DNA of 64,000 bases from positions 54,364 through 118,363 of the forward strand of contig NIVC01002640.1 in NCBI GenBank assembly GCA_002269645.1, read 5' to 3'. The stretch comes from Macrostomum lignano (taxonomy: Eukaryota). The position numbers were made by a program, and so were the translations under genes. This document shows, piece after piece, positions 61,821-64,000 of this stretch; within the stretch, counting starts at the first letter, position 1; each line of letters starts with the position of its first letter. A model generated the notes under the pieces. The model ran no database searches and was not told the DNA's origin. It worked only from the letters and a program-made list of their open reading frames with translations.

Positions 61821-62358
61821 TGAATAATTTTCCTGTCTCTTGACCCTTCAAGCTATTGTTTTTGAGCCTAAAACTAGAGAATTGAGTTGCTGCTTGAGCT
61901 GAGCAGAGGGAAACGGCTGCTCAGCCAATGGCGGTGAAGACCGAGTCCGGGAGGCGAGTCGCACTGGCCGAGATTGGCTGGAGGCGGTGAGATGCGGCGC
62001 TGAGCTCAAGAGAATTCAGTTGGTCAAAAATTGAAGGGGCCACTTTTCTGTTTTAATTCAAATTTTTAATTCGAATTTTATTTGCAAAGTGGACAATACT
62101 TTTGGATGCTGGATGCCCCAGAACAAACAAATTAGGCAGCGATCTCTCCATTATTTAGCCTCCCACATCCCGCTTATCCTCTGTCCCCTCACACACTGCT
62201 AGACATCTCAATTTATCCAATTGTTAATCCTCAGGTATTTTCCCCTGTTCAATAATTAGTGGTGAAATCATTGTTGAATTTACATGGAATCTGTAGCCGC
62301 TAAAACACTGGTAGAGTTCGATGGAGCACATTGTGCTCAGACTCATTATGGGGGGGCG

Positions 62359-62368
62359 TTATAAATCA
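62359..62368 (-). promoter_or_regulatory. Candidate Pbx/Exd-Hox composite site TGATTTATAA
   Basis: Matches the TGATTTAT class of site, ~730 bp upstream of the Hox ATG. A second site (TGATTTAC) lies at 62653-62660. Confidence 0.3.
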
Positions 62369-62871
62369 CACTCCGAGCCGATGCCTATCAGCGGCCTCAG
62401 GCGGTCTGTACCCCTCCCCTCCCCCCTCACCTCGTGTCCGCTCCACTGACAGGGCTTGGCATAGCGGGGCATAAATATTTGACTTTCTCAACCCCCCTTC
62501 TCAGACATCCAGTGGGCGGGGCAGCCAGCAAAGACAATAAATAACTCCCCTTCTCCCCTTCTCCCCTAGCTGAGACTCTGCTCTATTACCAGCGCTTTAT
62601 CTGCTTGATAGAAATGTATACGAGCTGCGCTGGCCCGGGTTGAAGCTGAGCAGTAAATCAGCTCAAGTGCGGATGGCCGGGCGAGGCCTGATGCCGAGCT
62701 CAGATAGTCTGGGGATTCCCACTGAGAGCCACCCCTGGATGGCTCCGTTGGACATGGGAGCAGAGTGGGAGCAACTAAGCCGGGTGTTGCTGTTGTTTCA
62801 GGCGTGAGTTTGCGAATAATTCTTTCTGATAAATTTTAAAGAGCCATCACTACCCCTGTTCCCTAGTCATT

Positions 62872-63290
62872 CAATGAGCCATCACTACCCCTGTTCCCTA
62901 GTCATTCAATGAGCCATCACTACCCCTGTTCCCTAGTCATTCAATGAGCCATCACTACCCCTGTTCCCTAGTCATTCAATGAGCCATCACTACCCCTGTT
63001 CCCTGGTCATTCAATGCGCCATCACTACCCCTGTTCCCTAGTCATTCAATGAGCCATCACTACCCCTGTTCCCTAGTCATTCAATGAGCCATCACTACCC
63101 CTGTTCCCTAGTCATTCAATGAGCCATCACTACCCCTGTTCCCTAGTCATTCAATGAGCCATCACTACCCCTGTTCCCTAGTCATTCAATGAGCCATCAC
63201 TACCCCTGTTCCCTAGTCATTCAATGAGCCATCACTACCCCTGTTCTCTAGTCATTCAATGAGCCATCACTACCCCTGTTCTCTGGTCAT
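62872..63290. repeat. 35-bp minisatellite (gagccatcactacccctgttccctagtcattcaat), ~12 copies
   Basis: Directly visible. Confidence 0.97.
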
Positions 63291-63557
63291 TCTCGAAGCA
63301 GTAAAGAAAGCAACTGAAATTTTCCGTGCCTTCTTTCTGCCTCAGCAAAATGTTAATTATAAAAAATGTGCCAAAATAGTCAGTTCTCACACTTTTTTCT
63401 TTTTCTGCTGTTAAAAAGCAGGCTCTCACCTGCTCTGGAGATCAGGCATTTAATAAAGAATAAGCGCAGTCCGAATTGAATTTTTAATTAGCCTCTCAGA
63501 CCGGCACTCGCCTCGCTCTGTTGTTGCAACAAGTAATGTGTGTTTTAGAGTGCTTAT

Positions 63558-63828
63558 GGCCATACCCATGCCCATACCCATGCCCATACCCATACCCATA
63601 CCCATACCCATGCCCATACCCATACCCATGCCCATACCCATGCCCATACCCATGCCCATACCCATACCTTTACCCACATACCCATACCCATACCCATGTC
63701 CACACTCATACCCACACCCATACCCATACCCATGCCTATACCCATGCCCATACCCATACCCACACCCATGCCCATACCCATACCCATGTCCAAACCCATA
63801 CCCATGCCTATACCCATACCTTTACCCA

Positions 63829-63897
<69 letters not shown>

Positions 63898-63920
63898 GCC
63901 CATACCCATACCTTTACCCA

Positions 63921-63959
<39 letters not shown>

Positions 63960-64000
63960 GCCCATACCCATACCCATACCCATACCCATGCCCATACCCA
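63558..64000. repeat. (CCCATA/CCCATG)n hexamer repeat running off the window end
   Basis: Directly visible. The MG-repeat ORFs are artefacts. Confidence 0.97.

Noticed and set aside
63558-64000. True telomere
   Set aside because: The unit is TATGGG/CATGGG rather than TTAGGG. Kept only as a low-interest note.
55180-64000. Hox-associated microRNAs (miR-10, miR-993, iab-4, miR-196)
   Set aside because: No match to the mature sequences as I recall them was seen by eye. A proper search was not possible.

Overview
Eukaryotic (animal) genomic DNA. It is most likely a free-living flatworm such as Macrostomum lignano; this is inferred from a flatworm-type spliced-leader tail in the DNA, a Lox4-type Hox gene, GC-rich Ala/Gln-rich exons and dense intronic minisatellites. 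No CRISPR array, rRNA or intact tRNA was found. Genes from left to right: first coding exon of a vesicular monoamine transporter (-, continues off the left edge); an orphan basic/low-complexity gene (-); a synaptotagmin-like tandem-C2 gene (+, five firm 3' exons and a less certain 5' chain); SSR3/TRAP-gamma (-, two exons); an intronless acidic prothymosin-like ORF that starts at an apparent genomic copy of the spliced-leader 3' end (+); a complete four-exon OATP/SLCO transporter (-); a Thr-rich membrane mucin with a 1-nt frameshift (-); a 1066-aa single-exon ORF resembling two fused, catalytically degenerate GPCPD1 units (+); and a two-exon Lox4/Ubd-A-type Hox gene (-). Mobile DNA includes a decayed MULE transposase, a 3.3-kb CMC/CACTA-like non-autonomous element, an internally deleted piggyBac, two CORE-like tRNA SINEs, and hAT and Harbinger-type MITEs. 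About 25 tandem repeats explain most long ORFs in the supplied track. The best leads are the spliced-leader-headed retrocopy with a satellite grown from its junction, the tandem GPCPD1 pseudo-enzyme, and a minisatellite that multiplies a 5' splice site. All coordinates, phases and alignments were done by eye.
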